64,000 nt of DNA from Eledone cirrhosa (taxonomy: Eukaryota): assembly GCA_964016885.1 (NCBI GenBank), contig OZ024758.1, positions 11,780,001 through 11,844,000 of the forward strand. The letters are read 5' to 3'. Shown in pieces: positions 43,091 through 56,294 of the stretch; position 1 is the stretch's first letter, and each line of letters begins with the position of its first letter. Under the pieces are notes generated by a model, which worked only from the letters and a program-made list of their open reading frames with translations, was not told where the DNA came from and did not search any database. The translations under genes and the position numbers were made by a program.

Positions 43091-44571
43091 TATATATATA
43101 CATACAGAGAGAGAAAGAGATAGTGGGAAATAAATACATATAGAAAGATAGAAAGATGGAGAGATGGTTTGGAGTGATCAATGATTAGATGGACTGAGTA
43201 TTGCTTAAATCAAAAGAAAACTATTATATTAAAAGAAATCCTCAATAAAAAGACTACAACAGAATTAGTTTCAGAGTGAAAACGGCGCTGGGTTGGAAGT
43301 TGGAATATCTAAAGAAATTGATGCTGGGCTGGTGGATCACTCAGTTCTATTCCATTTCCCGAATGTTAATCCACACCATATAATACTTTACACATAAAAA
43401 AAAGAATTGTAAATTGAACCTTTATCCGCCCACTTCCTTCTTTATACACGAATTGTTGTCAAGAACGCTGTTTACAAGAATGAACGATGATTAGTACCAA
43501 TGTATTTTCTATACTGTCGCAAATAAACTAAATCGATTTCAAGGAACATATAATGTTACAGGCAACATGAGATGTTTGTTATTTCTTTCGACAACGAATA
43601 AATAATTGAAACCTATTTGCTCAATACATTAGGCAGCTCCACTCTTTTCTTTATTATTTCTTTTCATTTTTAAAATGCCCTGCTTGAAATTGAGAATACA
43701 AATCAATACTTCGTTTCTTTTTACATCAGTTTTCACCTCTACATTTTCCTTCTTTATTTTCCGTCATATTGTTATATAAATAAGCAAACAAAGTCACTGA
43801 ATTACGAAGGTAACAACAAGAATTATGACCAATGCTTTGGAAATGGTGTCTCTTAATGAAATAGAAAAGAATATATCGTTGAATTGAAAGGGGATGTTAA
43901 AATGAATTTGATTCTACAGATGAATTGATTCTACAGATGATAAACTAAATTACTAGAGAATAATAAATTCTATGTAGAGTATACCATCCATCTCTTGTCT
44001 CATTGCCAAACATTGATGTAGCAGCTTTAGAAAAATATAAATGGTTAACAATATGTCGAACAAGACAAAGTGAAATTGTTATATGTAGCTATCACCACTA
44101 CACTAAATATATGTATTATCACATATTTGATTCAAATCAAATATATTTTACTGCGCGATGTGTGTGGTGTTTTCTAAGGTTAGATTTCTGGAAAAGATTT
44201 GTTAGAAACATCCTAACACACACACGTCTAAATAAATTATGTATACAAGTCATTCTCTTTAGACATTTGCTGCTATATGACATATTTTATATAAGTCTTA
44301 CTGAAAACAGAATATGGTAGAGATAATAAAGATATTTATCCCATATATTTCGTGTTATATCAAACTATATTTCATACTAAAACAATTTTGTAACATTTCA
44401 GTGTGTTGCTAGCATATATATATGTAATGTATCTATAATTTGTGAATTCTATATCTTGATTTCATATTCAAGTTATGAAATTATACATAACTTGAATGTT
44501 AGGTGAGGAAAAATAGATAACATCAAATAAATAGATAACATTAAAAACATAAATATTTATTTATATAATAC

Positions 44572-45194
44572 AATAATTGTTTCTACTTTTGGCACAATGC
44601 CAGCAATTACTCAGTGTATTACTGGTACTTTATTTTATCGACCCCGTAAGGATGAAAGGCAAAGTTAACCTCGGCGGGATTTGAACCCAGTCCGTAAAGG
44701 GACGTAACTGTGCTGTAAAGCATGGCGTCTGACCCTCTACCGATACTGCCAATCCACCGCCCTATATAATACAATAATTGTTTCTACTTTAGGCACAAGG
44801 CCAGCAATTACCCAGGGCATTACTGGTACTTTATTTTATCGACCCCGTAAGGATGAAAGGCAAAGTCAACCTCGGCGGGATTTGAATACAATAATTGTTT
44901 CTACTATTAGCACAAGACCAGCAATTACCCAGGGCATTACTGGTACTTTATTTTATCGACCCCGTAAGGATGAAAGGCAAAGTCAACCTCGGCGGGATTT
45001 GAATACAATAATTGTTTCTACTATTGGCACAAGGCCAGCAAATACCCAGTGCATTACTGGTACTTTATTTTATCGACCCCGTAAGGATGAAAGGCAAAGT
45101 TAACCTCGGCGGGATTTGAACACAGATCGTAAAGGGACGTCACTACGCTGGAAAGCATGTCCGACCCTCTACCGATACTGCCAATTCACCGCCC
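44572..45194 (-). mobile_element. Tandem array of 4 SINEs (full, partial, partial, full)
   Basis: Units start at about 44572, 44772, 44889 and 45006. The two middle units are truncated at the B-box (gggatttgaa). Confidence 0.9.
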
Positions 45195-45661
45195 TTAATT
45201 TGAATACAATAATGACAGTCGAACAGTTACAAACTATAACTCTGTGTAGATATCAACAAAATAACAACAGCAATATCGACTGCCGAATGCAGACGAGATA
45301 GGAACTATAACTTTCATCATTATAGAATATTATTCGATATGTATTAAAGTTAATCTATTCAGATCCAGTCAGGAAACGAACTAGACTCAGATTTAATATA
45401 GAAGAACAAATATATTTGGTGACTGCTAGACTCTGGACGTTATCTATGCACAGAAAACATATAAGCTATTGGATGAAATATGATAGATTTGTTTACGTTT
45501 TAATATATTTAAAAGACGGTTTGCTTCTCTTACCAGACATCCATAAATACACACACGTATCACATATGTATATACACACAAATACACACACATTAACACA
45601 CCCACACACCCATAACTGCATACACATATCACACATGTATATACAAATACACTAACACACC

Positions 45662-45710
<49 letters not shown>

Positions 45711-45713
<3 letters not shown>

Positions 45714-46180
45714 GGTGTTGGATGCTTAAAACGTCCGTATGCGGAAGGGCGTAGAATCGAGACGTATCCGAGGACCGTGCGAATTCAGAGTCAGGTTTGA
45801 TCAGCACATCGATAGTGCCTCGAGCTGATCACCCGAGAAACAATTGTAATATGTCCAATAATTTCCTTTCCCCGCAACACTGATTCTCTTTTTTCCGTGA
45901 TATATATATATATATTTATTTATACACACATATATATATATATACATATACATACTCACATATATATATATACATATATATACATATACACATATATGTA
46001 TATATGTATATATATGTGTGTATATATATGTATATGTATATATATATGTGTGTGTGTATAAATATATATATATATCACAGAGAAAAGAGAATCAGTGTTG
46101 CGATGAAAGGAAATTATTGGACATATTACAATTGTTTCTCGGATGATCAGCTCGAGACACGATCGATGTGCTGATCAAAC
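45711..46180. mobile_element. Two family E copies tail-to-tail around a mirrored microsatellite; HHR-like motif at 45761-45855(+)
   Basis: Motif reads GACGTAT-CCGAGGA-...TGATCAGC..GCTGATCA..-GAA-ACAATTGT-A-ATATGTC. 46074-46180 is the reverse complement of about 45795-45900. Confidence 0.75.
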
Positions 46181-46295
46181 ACACACACATATATATATAT
46201 ACATATAAACATATATATACATATATACATACAAACATATATATATATATATATATAAACATAAAAACATTTATAAATACATATAAACATATATA

Positions 46296-46861
46296 CATGG
46301 GTTGGACAAAATAATGGAAACACCTACCATCATAGCATCATCATTTTGAAATATCTATAAAACTGTCAAAAGCTTCTTTTATTTTTATGTTTTTTTATTT
46401 ATTATTAGTGTTGCTTAATATTTCTTGTTAAAATTGCTGTTTCTTTTCAGATATCATCAGAAAAAGGTAATTAAAATTCATTAAAATGACAGATCTATCG
46501 GACTTTCAAAGAGGTCAAATTGTTGGTGTTCCTATGGCAGGCGCTAGCGTAACGAAAACATCCGAAATGTTTGGTGTATCAAGAAGTACTGTTTCAAAAG
46601 TAATGACACCTTTGAGAAAGAGGGAAAAACCTCCTCGTCGAAACAAAACTCCGGAAGAAAACCAAAACTTTCAGATAGAGACGGTCGAACTCTTGCGCGA
46701 ATTGTTAGAAAAAATCACAAAAGTACAGCTCCCAAAATTACTGCAGAACTTAATGACCACCTCGAGAACAATAAAAATAAACAAGCTTTTGACGGTTTTA
46801 TAGATATTTCAAAATTATGATGCTATGATGCTAGGTGTTTCCATTATTTGTCCAACCCCTG
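46296..46861 (+). mobile_element. Internally deleted Tc1/mariner transposon
   Basis: TA TSDs and TIRs of about 80 bp (catgggttggacaaaataatggaaacacc and ggtgtttccattatttgtccaacccctg) flank a transposase N-terminus. Confidence 0.92.
46486..46770 (+). pseudogene. Tc1 transposase N-terminal HTH region, frameshifted, DDE domain deleted
   Basis: MTDLSDFQRGQIVG..MAGASVTKTSEMFGVSRSTVSKVM, then a frameshift, then FEKEGKTSSSKQNSGRKPKLSDRDGRTLARIVRKNHKSTAPKITAELNDHLEN. Confidence 0.88.
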
Positions 46862-48087
46862 TATATTGTATAATATTAATACATCTTAACATTTTTAGAC
46901 ATCAACAAATAAGTATAATCTACTCAGTACTTTGTATAAGGGGACAGAGGAGAGGAAGAATGAATCTATACACAAATATATATGTTATTTGACGCAGATT
47001 TGTTCTTTTGATATCAGACTTCATATTCCTGAGAAACAAATGAAAGAAGAGTGAAGATAGAACGAGAGTAAATATGTTAAAAGATTATGAAAGTGAAGGA
47101 TGCTAGAATCGTTGAGAGAACGATGTATAACGTGGAATGGCCGTTTAAACGTTTCTAAACTAACAATTAAATAGGCTGCAAAAAGCCAATTGTTCATATA
47201 GCAGTTATTTCTTTGTTAATCAGACAATGGTCTTATTCACCTTGGCAAAACAATTTTCAAGGAGGTAATCCTATTCATTTAAATACTTTCTTGGCTTTAC
47301 TTGAACTTGGTGACTTTACAGGAACCATTGTGAAATGAACAATGAACAATTAGATAATTATGATATTCTCTTAACAAAAAATAACTTTTGTTTCACGAGT
47401 GGCTCACATTTAATTTATTCATAGTCGGTTATCCCATTGAAAATATTACTCTTTGTATAAACAGTGTAGGAAGATGAAAAAAATAGTATTGTATAATTTA
47501 TGTAAAGATCGGAGAAAAAGATAGGAAGAAACACGTTTTATGTCTTTTGTAAAGAAATTTTAACTTCTATATGACAAATAATTGTTTCTGTTGTGGATTT
47601 TTCTGGAAGAAATATTACAAAAGAAAGCATCATCATTAGTCAAGATTATAATATTTTCATCGACATTGTGAGAGCAGTTTCAATATAAAATAATAAAATA
47701 TAAACATTTGTATTGTTCGTTAAACACTGTAGGGAATATTTACGATGTGAGCCGCTAAGGTTAATTTTCAATTTCTTCGTACATATGTCCATAAGCAAAG
47801 TATAAGTTCACATTTAGGGGTCGATACTTCTAATATAATCTCTCACTTATCGTTTTCTTTCCTTTTATTTCAATGGAAAAATTGATCCATATTATAGCGA
47901 TTGTGTTATATATATATATATATATATATTTATATTATTTACTAAGTGAACAACACAAAATATAACTACTCCATTACCAAAGGTTTCTGGATCACAGACA
48001 ATAATAATATACATCTGGATCGGTCGTCAGACAGAGATGTATATATTATATGTATGTATTATATGTATGTATTATTAAGATTAGAGA

Positions 48088-48172
48088 TTGAGCTCTTGCC
48101 GTTTTAACAGCTACTCTCAGATTATTTGCCGAAGGGCTTCGCGGTTGACTGGCTGTGTCATCAGGGGCGTGG
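48088..48172 (-). ncRNA. Degenerate HHR related to family C (retains the 5' half)
   Basis: Reads cgccc-CTGATGA-cACAGC...GCTGTt-aAAAC-GGCaagagctc. G12 is mutated and the 3' part is truncated. Confidence 0.5.
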
Positions 48173-48221
<49 letters not shown>

Positions 48222-48565
48222 GAGGGGGTGCTGAGAGAGGGTGTATGTCGAGGGGGGGGGGGGCGAATGTCTTTTTGATTTTCAAATACGGCGAGTGCAT
48301 AATACGAAACGAAACTATATTTTTCTCGGGTTGGTAGTTTAGAGCAAAGGATAAGGGGAACTTTCAGTAGCGGGAAAAATTATTTATACTGCATATCTTC
48401 TAGAAGGATCAATAACCTTCACTGCAAGAAGTTTGATGAATAAATTTATTTGAAATTTAAAATCATAATCGATATCAATTTAACTTATTATCTAATCCCA
48501 AATTTACTTATTTCAAAATATTTTTCTTTACTTCGATTAGTAACTTCAGTATAATATAATACTTA

Positions 48566-48838
48566 AGCCCATATTACTTTATGGATCCGAAACTTGGACA
48601 CTAACATCACAACTTGAGAGGAGATTGGATGGCACATATACCCGCCTCTTAATGAGAGTGCAAAACCTATCCTGGAAACGACATCCCACCTTGTCTAAAA
48701 TCTATGGCAAACTCCCTCGAGCCTCTGCCCTTCTAAGTAGACAGGACCTGGGGGGCAGCGATGGGGGACAGGGAATTCTGGGGCATGAGAGTGAGATCCA
48801 TCATCTCGACAGTAGTCGACGAATGATGGTGATGAATA
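48566..48838 (+). mobile_element. RTE-related LINE ORF2 fragment with internal deletion and 3' end
   Basis: Reads PILLYGSETWTLTSQLERRLDGTYTRLLMRVQNLSWKRHPTLSKIYGKLPRASALL and ends in a tgatggtgatga tail. Confidence 0.85.
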
Positions 48839-49939
48839 CTTAATAACAGATATTTCTACGCTATAAACAACATTTTCCATTTAACAAGCAGTTTCTGTCT
48901 CAAAACCCATGAATATTTAAATATTTCCATAAAAGCTTCACTACACTCAACATATTTATATGTTTGTTTTAGCTATTCTCTTATACAATTAATGAAATAA
49001 ATTTCCAAATCAAAATTGTCTTTAGTGAATACTTAACGTCATGAAAAATAATTTATTAAAATGTAATATATATTTCGCTCATAAACTGAATTTCAGAGGA
49101 GATGTCTATTCTATTATACATCTGGTACAGTTATTTTTGCTCATACCTTAAAAGTTTTCTTCACCAATGCATTGAATACAATAATCTAAATGTGACAACT
49201 TGTGCTAATAGATTTTCAAAATAAGGTTTTTATCTTCTGTTTATTATGTTCAAATATATATGGCTTCCTGTTCCAGGGAAATGAACCTATAATTTAGGAC
49301 GGCGTGTGCTGAGACAACTTCTTTGCATTCTACATTGTCGTTCCGGGCACAACCCTCCCGTAACGTGGAGCAGAGTAAGATATCTTATACGACGGCTTCC
49401 TTCTCGTACCGGTTGCCGTCGAAACCTCTGGGGTCCTCTGTTCTCGAACCATTCCATTCTCGACAAAGGTACACTTGATGATGCAGCGGATAACACTGGT
49501 CACTGGCTGTTTTCCATTACAATGCCTGCGCCACTTTATCTGATAAATGTAGTTTAGATATAACAACTATTTACTAGACTGAAATTTACAATCTGCCGCC
49601 CCCTCCTCTCTCTCTCTTACTTTCACTATTTAAAGATTTCTATTACTTATTCGTTTTGTTTTAATAATGGAAACGTTGATGAAATATCAATGTCGTTGTT
49701 TTATTTCTCAATTTGATAAATTATTTCGAAGTCATGAGTTCAAAGAAAAATGTTAGAAAAATGAAAATGTAAATGTTCTGAATTCAATTGAATTATTTGT
49801 TTGCAAGAATTTCTCATAAAATAACTGAAACATATAGAATATGAATACTTTTCTGTGTGGGTGTTAATTTAGATATATTTCTTTTATAAGCAAGATTTAC
49901 TATTTGTTTAATTAAGCGAAATGGTTTTCATTATTAATA

Positions 49940-50795
49940 GCAGTGGATTGGCAGTATCGGTAGAGGGTCGGATGCCATGCTTAACAGCAAAGAGTTACGG
50001 TCCTTTATGATCTGAGTTCAAATCTTGCCGAGGTTAACTTTGCCTTTCATGCTTACGGGGGTCGATAAAATAAAGTACCAGTTAATTGGTGGCCTTGTGC
50101 CAAAAGTAAAAACAATTATTACTAGCGGTGGATTGGCAGTATCGCTAAGGGTCGGACGCCATGCTTTGACGCATAGAGTTACGGCCCTTTCCATTCTGAG
50201 TTCAAATCCCGCAAAAGGTTAACTTTGCTTTTCATCCTTACGGGGTCGATAAAATAAAGTACCAGTAATGTACTGGTTAATTGCTGGCCTTGTGCCAAAA
50301 GTAGAAACAATTATTACTAAGCTCAAAAGGGTTATGGATTGGCAGTATCGGTAAAGAGTCGGACGCCATGCTTTCTAGCATAGAGTTCCAGCCCTTTAAT
50401 GATCTGAGTTCAGATAGCGCCGAGGTTAACTTCGCCTTTCATCCTTACGGGGTCGATAAAATAATGTACCAGTAAGGTACTGGGGTCGATTTAATCGACT
50501 TTCCGCTCCTCCCAAATTACTGGCAGTGTGCCTAATGGATTGGCAGTATCAGTAGAGGGTCGGACGCCATGCTTTCCAGCATAGTTACGTCCCTTTACCA
50601 TCTGAGTTCAAATCCCGCCGAGGTTGACTTTGCCTTTCATCCTTACGGGGTCGATAAAATAAAGTACCAGTAATGCACTGGTAATTGCTGGCCTTGTGCC
50701 TAAAGTAGAAACAATTATTACTAAGGTTAAAATAAAGTACCAGTAATGCACTGGGCAATTGCTGGCCTTGTGCCTAAACTAGAAACAATTATTAC
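49940..50795 (+). mobile_element. Tandem cluster of 4 SINEs plus a duplicated 3' end
   Basis: Heads tggattggcagtatc at about 49944, 50129, 50335 and 50535, with a partial unit at 50728-50795. Confidence 0.9.
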
Positions 50796-50992
50796 TAAGG
50801 TTAAAGGCGGTCGATTGCTTTGTCAGAGGATGACTATGAGAAACAAATCTAGATCTTTACTTCCTGAGTTAAATCCTAGAGATTTGTGTAATAAAATTAT
50901 AGCCTGTAAATACTCTAAAATAAATACACACACATACATATATATACATAAATACGTACGCATATGTATACATACAAACACGGTCACACACA

Positions 50993-51039
<47 letters not shown>

Positions 51040-51214
51040 AAAATGGAACGGGAACAAAACAGAGAGGCAGTACGAACAAAGGTGTATTAGTTTCACGCTC
51101 TTGAGAGTGGTGTGGAGGTGGGGAACCGTAAGGATGGAAAACAAAGTTAACCTTTGGCGGGATTTGAACTCAGATTTCATATAAAAAACCTCGCAAAACA
51201 AATTCATCGCCGTC

Positions 51215-51258
<44 letters not shown>

Positions 51259-51432
51259 AAAGAGCGAGAGAGAGAGTTAAAATATAAGAAGTAGATATAC
51301 AGATATGTCATCGCATTATATAAAGTGAAATAATTTAAAGATAAGTACCCTGGCTTTTAATATAAATTGAATCAGTTAAGGAATCTAAAACTAAAAGCTG
51401 TGCAATTTTCAAGAGTATTTCCACAAAATATA

Positions 51433-51775
51433 ATAATTGTTTCTACTTTTGGTACAAGGCCAGCAATTATCTCAGTGCATTACTGGTACTTTGTTATATC
51501 GACCCCGTAAGGATGAAAGGAAAAGTTAACCTCGGCGGGATTTGAACTCAGACCATAAACGGGCGTAACTCTATGCTACAAAGCATGGCGACCTACCCTC
51601 TACTGGTACTGCTAATCCCCCATAATAATGGTTCTTGATTCACACACAAGGCGCACAATTTTTGTGGGAGGGGAAAGTCGATTAAATCAACCCCAGTACT
51701 TACTGGTACTTTATTTTATGACGCCCTAAGGATAAAAGGCAAATCTAACCTCGGCGGGATTTGACTTAAAGGACC
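51433..51775 (-). mobile_element. Two adjacent SINEs (short variant, then truncated long variant)
   Basis: 51433-51621 is full length. 51626-51775 includes the aagtcgattaaatcaacccc segment. Confidence 0.85.
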
Positions 51776-52448
51776 GTAGCTATATATCACGAAGCATGTT
51801 ATATATATATATATATATATATATATACTTGACGTTTTGAACACAATTTCTAAATTCTCTCTAAGAATAATTACCAGTATCGCTGTTTGATGGTACTGCT
51901 CCACTCATGAATATATAGAATAGGTTATGGCTACCTCCAAGATAGTGTATCAAATATATTCAATTATGTCTTCGTTATCTCGTTAAAAGTTCGACGTGCT
52001 GGTCACCTGCGGCATACAGTTTTATCATGTTTCTTAATTCTCTTTCTCGTTGTTTGAAATATATTTGTAGAGAGATAATTCGTAGGAAGAAAAGAGAGAT
52101 CACATGTATACATGTGTCTACGATGTTTCTGTTGGCTTGTTTCTGTTTGTCCTATGATGTTTGCCTTGTAACGTTAAGTATTACATTTCATTTTTATTTA
52201 GTGGGTGATTACTAATATAATTTATTTCGCTGGTCGGCTGATCGAACACATTCTCCTTAATGTTACTGCAGTGATTTAACCATTGCTGCAAAATGTGATG
52301 TAATTTTTGCTGATTGTATGAATGTTGCTTTTACTGCTGCGATCGCTGTTGCTTTTTCACGGGAGCTGACCACAAAATGATTTGGGTTTCTTTCCCATCT
52401 ACTAGACAACATAAAACCCTCAAGCTATTTGTACTTTCATAATTGTAG

Positions 52449-52505
52449 CAGATGAAATCCTGCCTGCCCCTCAAAATCCCGAACAAGCTCACGCTTCCAT
52501 TGAAA
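52449..52505 (+). CDS. Candidate 57-bp phase-1 coding exon (DEILPAPQNPEQAHASIE), gene unknown
   Basis: Acceptor tttgtactttcataattgtag and donor gtaaga. Length is divisible by 3, the frame is open, and GC is higher than in the flanks. Confidence 0.25.
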
Positions 52506-53526
52506 GTAAGAAAGCGAATTATAAAATTAAAAGAAAAATAAGATTGAAAATACATGATCACTATTAGAGTCAACCGTGTAAAGTAATTCAAATTAATTGA
52601 CACAGTAAACATCTAGATTCAATTCGAAAGTAAAGAAAGTAGAACATTTTTCTATGAGAGTTCCTCGTACTCCGAGGAAGGGTTACTTCAAGTCCGAAAT
52701 ATTAGAACAAAAGAAACAACAGCAACAGTAAAGGTTGTTTATCCTATTAGTATCAGTGTAGAAATATTATTTGTTTCTTTTTGAACGAAATATCCTTTCT
52801 CAATTGATGTATTGTTTGATTATACGATATTGGTTCAATTAAGAACATTGTAAGTATATAGGCTTTCTACAATACTTGTCACGCCTTGATTTGTTCCTGA
52901 TAATCGATAACGTTGTATTACACGTTAAATATTCAAGAGATTGTTCAGCTCTTCTACAAATTTGCACCATTATATTAATAAAAGAAATCGTTTTCATGTA
53001 CATGTAATTTTACGCTTTTTAATTCTGAGCAATGTTTAGTTTACAATTGAGGAGAATGTTTACCTGTTTCATCGTTTTGAAATTGCTTTAGTTAATCTTT
53101 CGTAAAAGATATACTTAATTCTTAATTTCACGCTTGATAGGTTTTGTAAATTAACCTCAATATGTAGTTTCCTGTCCTGAATCCCGTAAAAGTGTCATCC
53201 ATTCAAAGATTTTCTAAAAGGGAATCGCCACATCAATGATCTTTATTATATTGAAACTTGTAAAATTAATTCAATTTTTTCAGACCATGAAGGAATACTT
53301 CCTTATCTAATCTAAATAAACACTCCAATCCTTTATTGGACCAAATTGGTTTGAAAGAAAACATCATTGGATGACTCCATACCTTATGGACCAACAATAG
53401 AGAATATCAATGCTGGTTAATCTATCATTGGCCGTATTTGATGCACCCCAATATATGATTTACATATAAAAAAAATGCTTATAAGTAGATATATGTTTCT
53501 ATGACATTTTCGTTTACGTTGGGAAA

Positions 53527-53907
53527 ATAATTGTTTCTACTTTAGGCACAAGGCCAGCAATTATCCAGTACATTACTGGTACTTTATTTTATCGACCCTT
53601 AAGGATGAAAGGCAAAGTCAACCTCGGCGGGATTTGAACTCAGATCGTAAAGGGACGTAACTATGCTGGAAAGCATGGCGTCCGACCCTCTACCGATACT
53701 GCCAATCCACCGCCCTAATAATTGTTTCTACTTTAGGCACAAGGCCAGCAACTACCCAGTGCCTCACTGGTACTTTATTTTATCGACCCCGTAAGGATGA
53801 AAGGCAAAGTCAACCTCGGCGGGATTTGAACTCAGATCGTAAAGGGACGTAACTATGCTAGAAAGCATGGCATCCGACCCTCTACCGATACTACCAATCC
53901 ACCGCCC
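53527..53907 (-). mobile_element. Head-to-tail SINE dimer with one shared TSD
   Basis: Two near-consensus copies, with gggaaaataat at both 53521 and 53911. Confidence 0.92.
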
Positions 53908-54227
53908 TCGGGGAAAATAATACTATATAAATAGCTTTTTTTTTATTTATGGAAATTAAGTTACATCAGAGGTTTTATGTTTGGATCTTATGATTTGTTT
54001 TACCTCAAGTTAATATTTAGTTTTAGTATTATCAACTTATTCAATATGGAGTTGATTAATCTCAGATTGTTTTGCACATTCTAATAAAGTGCGAGCTGTA
54101 TTTTGATTTCATTTTTTCTCCTATTTGCTGCTTAATTTGAATTGATATAAAGTATCTGGCTTAGAAGAGGCTCATTCGATAACATATCAAATATAGAATA
54201 GTATAGTTGGGTTATCGTAGTTTATTT

Positions 54228-54375
54228 GTTATATATGTATATATATACATATAAATATATATATATCTATATTCATACATAAATATACATATATATGCAC
54301 ATACAAAACATATACACACACACACATACATACATAAACACATACACATATATACATACATAAAAATACACACAT

Positions 54376-54446
<71 letters not shown>

Positions 54447-54589
54447 GTATATATATATGTATATATATATGTATATATGTATATATGTATATGTATATAT
54501 GTATATATATATGTATATATATATATATATGTATATATGTATATATATATGTATATATATATGTATATGTATATATGTATATATATATG

Positions 54590-54668
<79 letters not shown>

Positions 54669-54678
54669 GTATATATAT
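54228..54678. repeat. Composite (CA/TA) then (TA/TG) microsatellite
   Basis: Read directly from the sequence. Confidence 0.9.
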
Positions 54679-55028
54679 TGAATATATTGTAATGTTTTGT
54701 TTTATCATATTGGCTGTGGCATAGGGTGGGGAAGAACGACAGACAAACCAAATGAAGCTAAGATATACCATTCAAACGAAAAAAAGGCCGCAGACAAAAT
54801 AAATAAAAATTGCAATTTATTATTTAGTATATCGCGGAGAATATTCTGGTGCCTTCTATTGTCTTTATTTTCTAGATTATTCTTTCAATATTTTTGTTTG
54901 TTTTAAGTGATTATTCTTTATAATATTACGTTTATTGTTAGGAAAAGTATTTATTGTTAGTAAAAATAAACAATAGAAACTACAATATAAGATATATAAG
55001 CGGTAATATCTTTGTGCAACTCTACAGC

Positions 55029-55100
55029 TGTCCCTCGGTTCAATGGTTAGAGTTCTGCGTCGGAATTCAATACAGAGTTCGATCCTCTGTATCGGCTGCT
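55029..55100 (+). pseudogene. tRNA-like or SINE-head remnant
   Basis: A-box-like cggttcaatggttagag and B-box gagttcgatcc, without a complete cloverleaf. Confidence 0.35.
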
Positions 55101-55393
55101 AGTCACGTTATTTCGTCCATTTTAGCTGTTTTTTTAAAGCTATTATTTATCTTAATATACTATTATTACAGCAATGTTCTCCGTTTGGATACCTACATAT
55201 TCTGAAGTATTTCAAATTACCCAGCGCCTTAAACCTTATAGCTTCGAAAATGTCCTCAATTGCTCTAGAAACGCATAAAGGAGGCCAGAAGCTGCTAGAG
55301 TAAGCGATTCCAGTATCACTCAAATTCCGAGTAAAGTTGAGTGAAAGCTGTGCATACATATTTGTAAATCAAATATATTCGTATATATATATA

Positions 55394-56198
55394 CTAGCAG
55401 CAGTACCCAGCGTTGCCTGGGTAGGTAAACTAATATCTGCTTTGATGAAAAGGTGTTGATCTTAACGACTTCTTTTCGATGCCTCATCTATGGCCACACA
55501 CAGGCCATGCGGAGCACGGTGGTGATGACCTCTATCACTGAGAAACGCAGGTGATTGACGAAGGGGCATACTGGGGGAGGGAGTGTCGAGTTTGAACGAA
55601 ATCGGTTGAAAAATGTGGGAGTTAGACCCGAAAAGGCGGAAAGTTGAGCGAAAAGGTGGTATTTTCGAATATTTAAGCGGCTGCCACGCCGTTCTTGAAC
55701 AAAAAATCCAAAATATAAAGCCACTGTAAGACGTGGAATAATCATATCTAGCGTAGTGTAAATTTTGAACAAAGTAGGTTGATTAATGTGGAAGCTAGAG
55801 CCGAAAGAGTGGAAATTTGAGTCTAAAAGTGGTATTTTTGAATATTGAAGCGGGTGCTACGCCGTCACTGAACAACACATGCAAAATATAAAGCCATTAA
55901 AGGATGTGCAACGATAAATTCTATTTTGCTTTAAAATTTGAACGAAATCGGTGGCAAAATGTGGGAGCTAGAGCCAAAAATCTTATTTTTCGATACCTAA
56001 AAAAAGGTGAACCTCCCCTATCAATTTTTATCTGCAGAATGACCGCGGAATAAAAAAAAGCCATACGCAGATATATATAGAAAGCACTCCTCAATGACTA
56101 ATATATGGGCATGTAAAGTTTCATGAAAATCGGTCGTAAGATGTAGGCCCCTATAGGTAATACACAGACACACAGACACAGACACACATACTTAATTT

Positions 56199-56200
<2 letters not shown>
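55394..56200 (-). mobile_element. Non-autonomous Helitron-like element
   Basis: The minus-strand 3' end has the hairpin ACCCAGgcaacgCTGGGT a few nt before CTAG-T. There is a subterminal (GTGTCT)n repeat near the 5' end and three internal repeats of about 170 bp (about 55590, 55762, 55933). Confidence 0.8.
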
Positions 56201-56245
<45 letters not shown>

Positions 56246-56294
56246 CGTATATATCTACAAAGTGTATATATACATAAATATCTATAACGTGTAA

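Noticed and set aside
55029-55100. Functional tRNA gene
   Set aside because: It has A and B boxes only; the acceptor and anticodon stems do not close.
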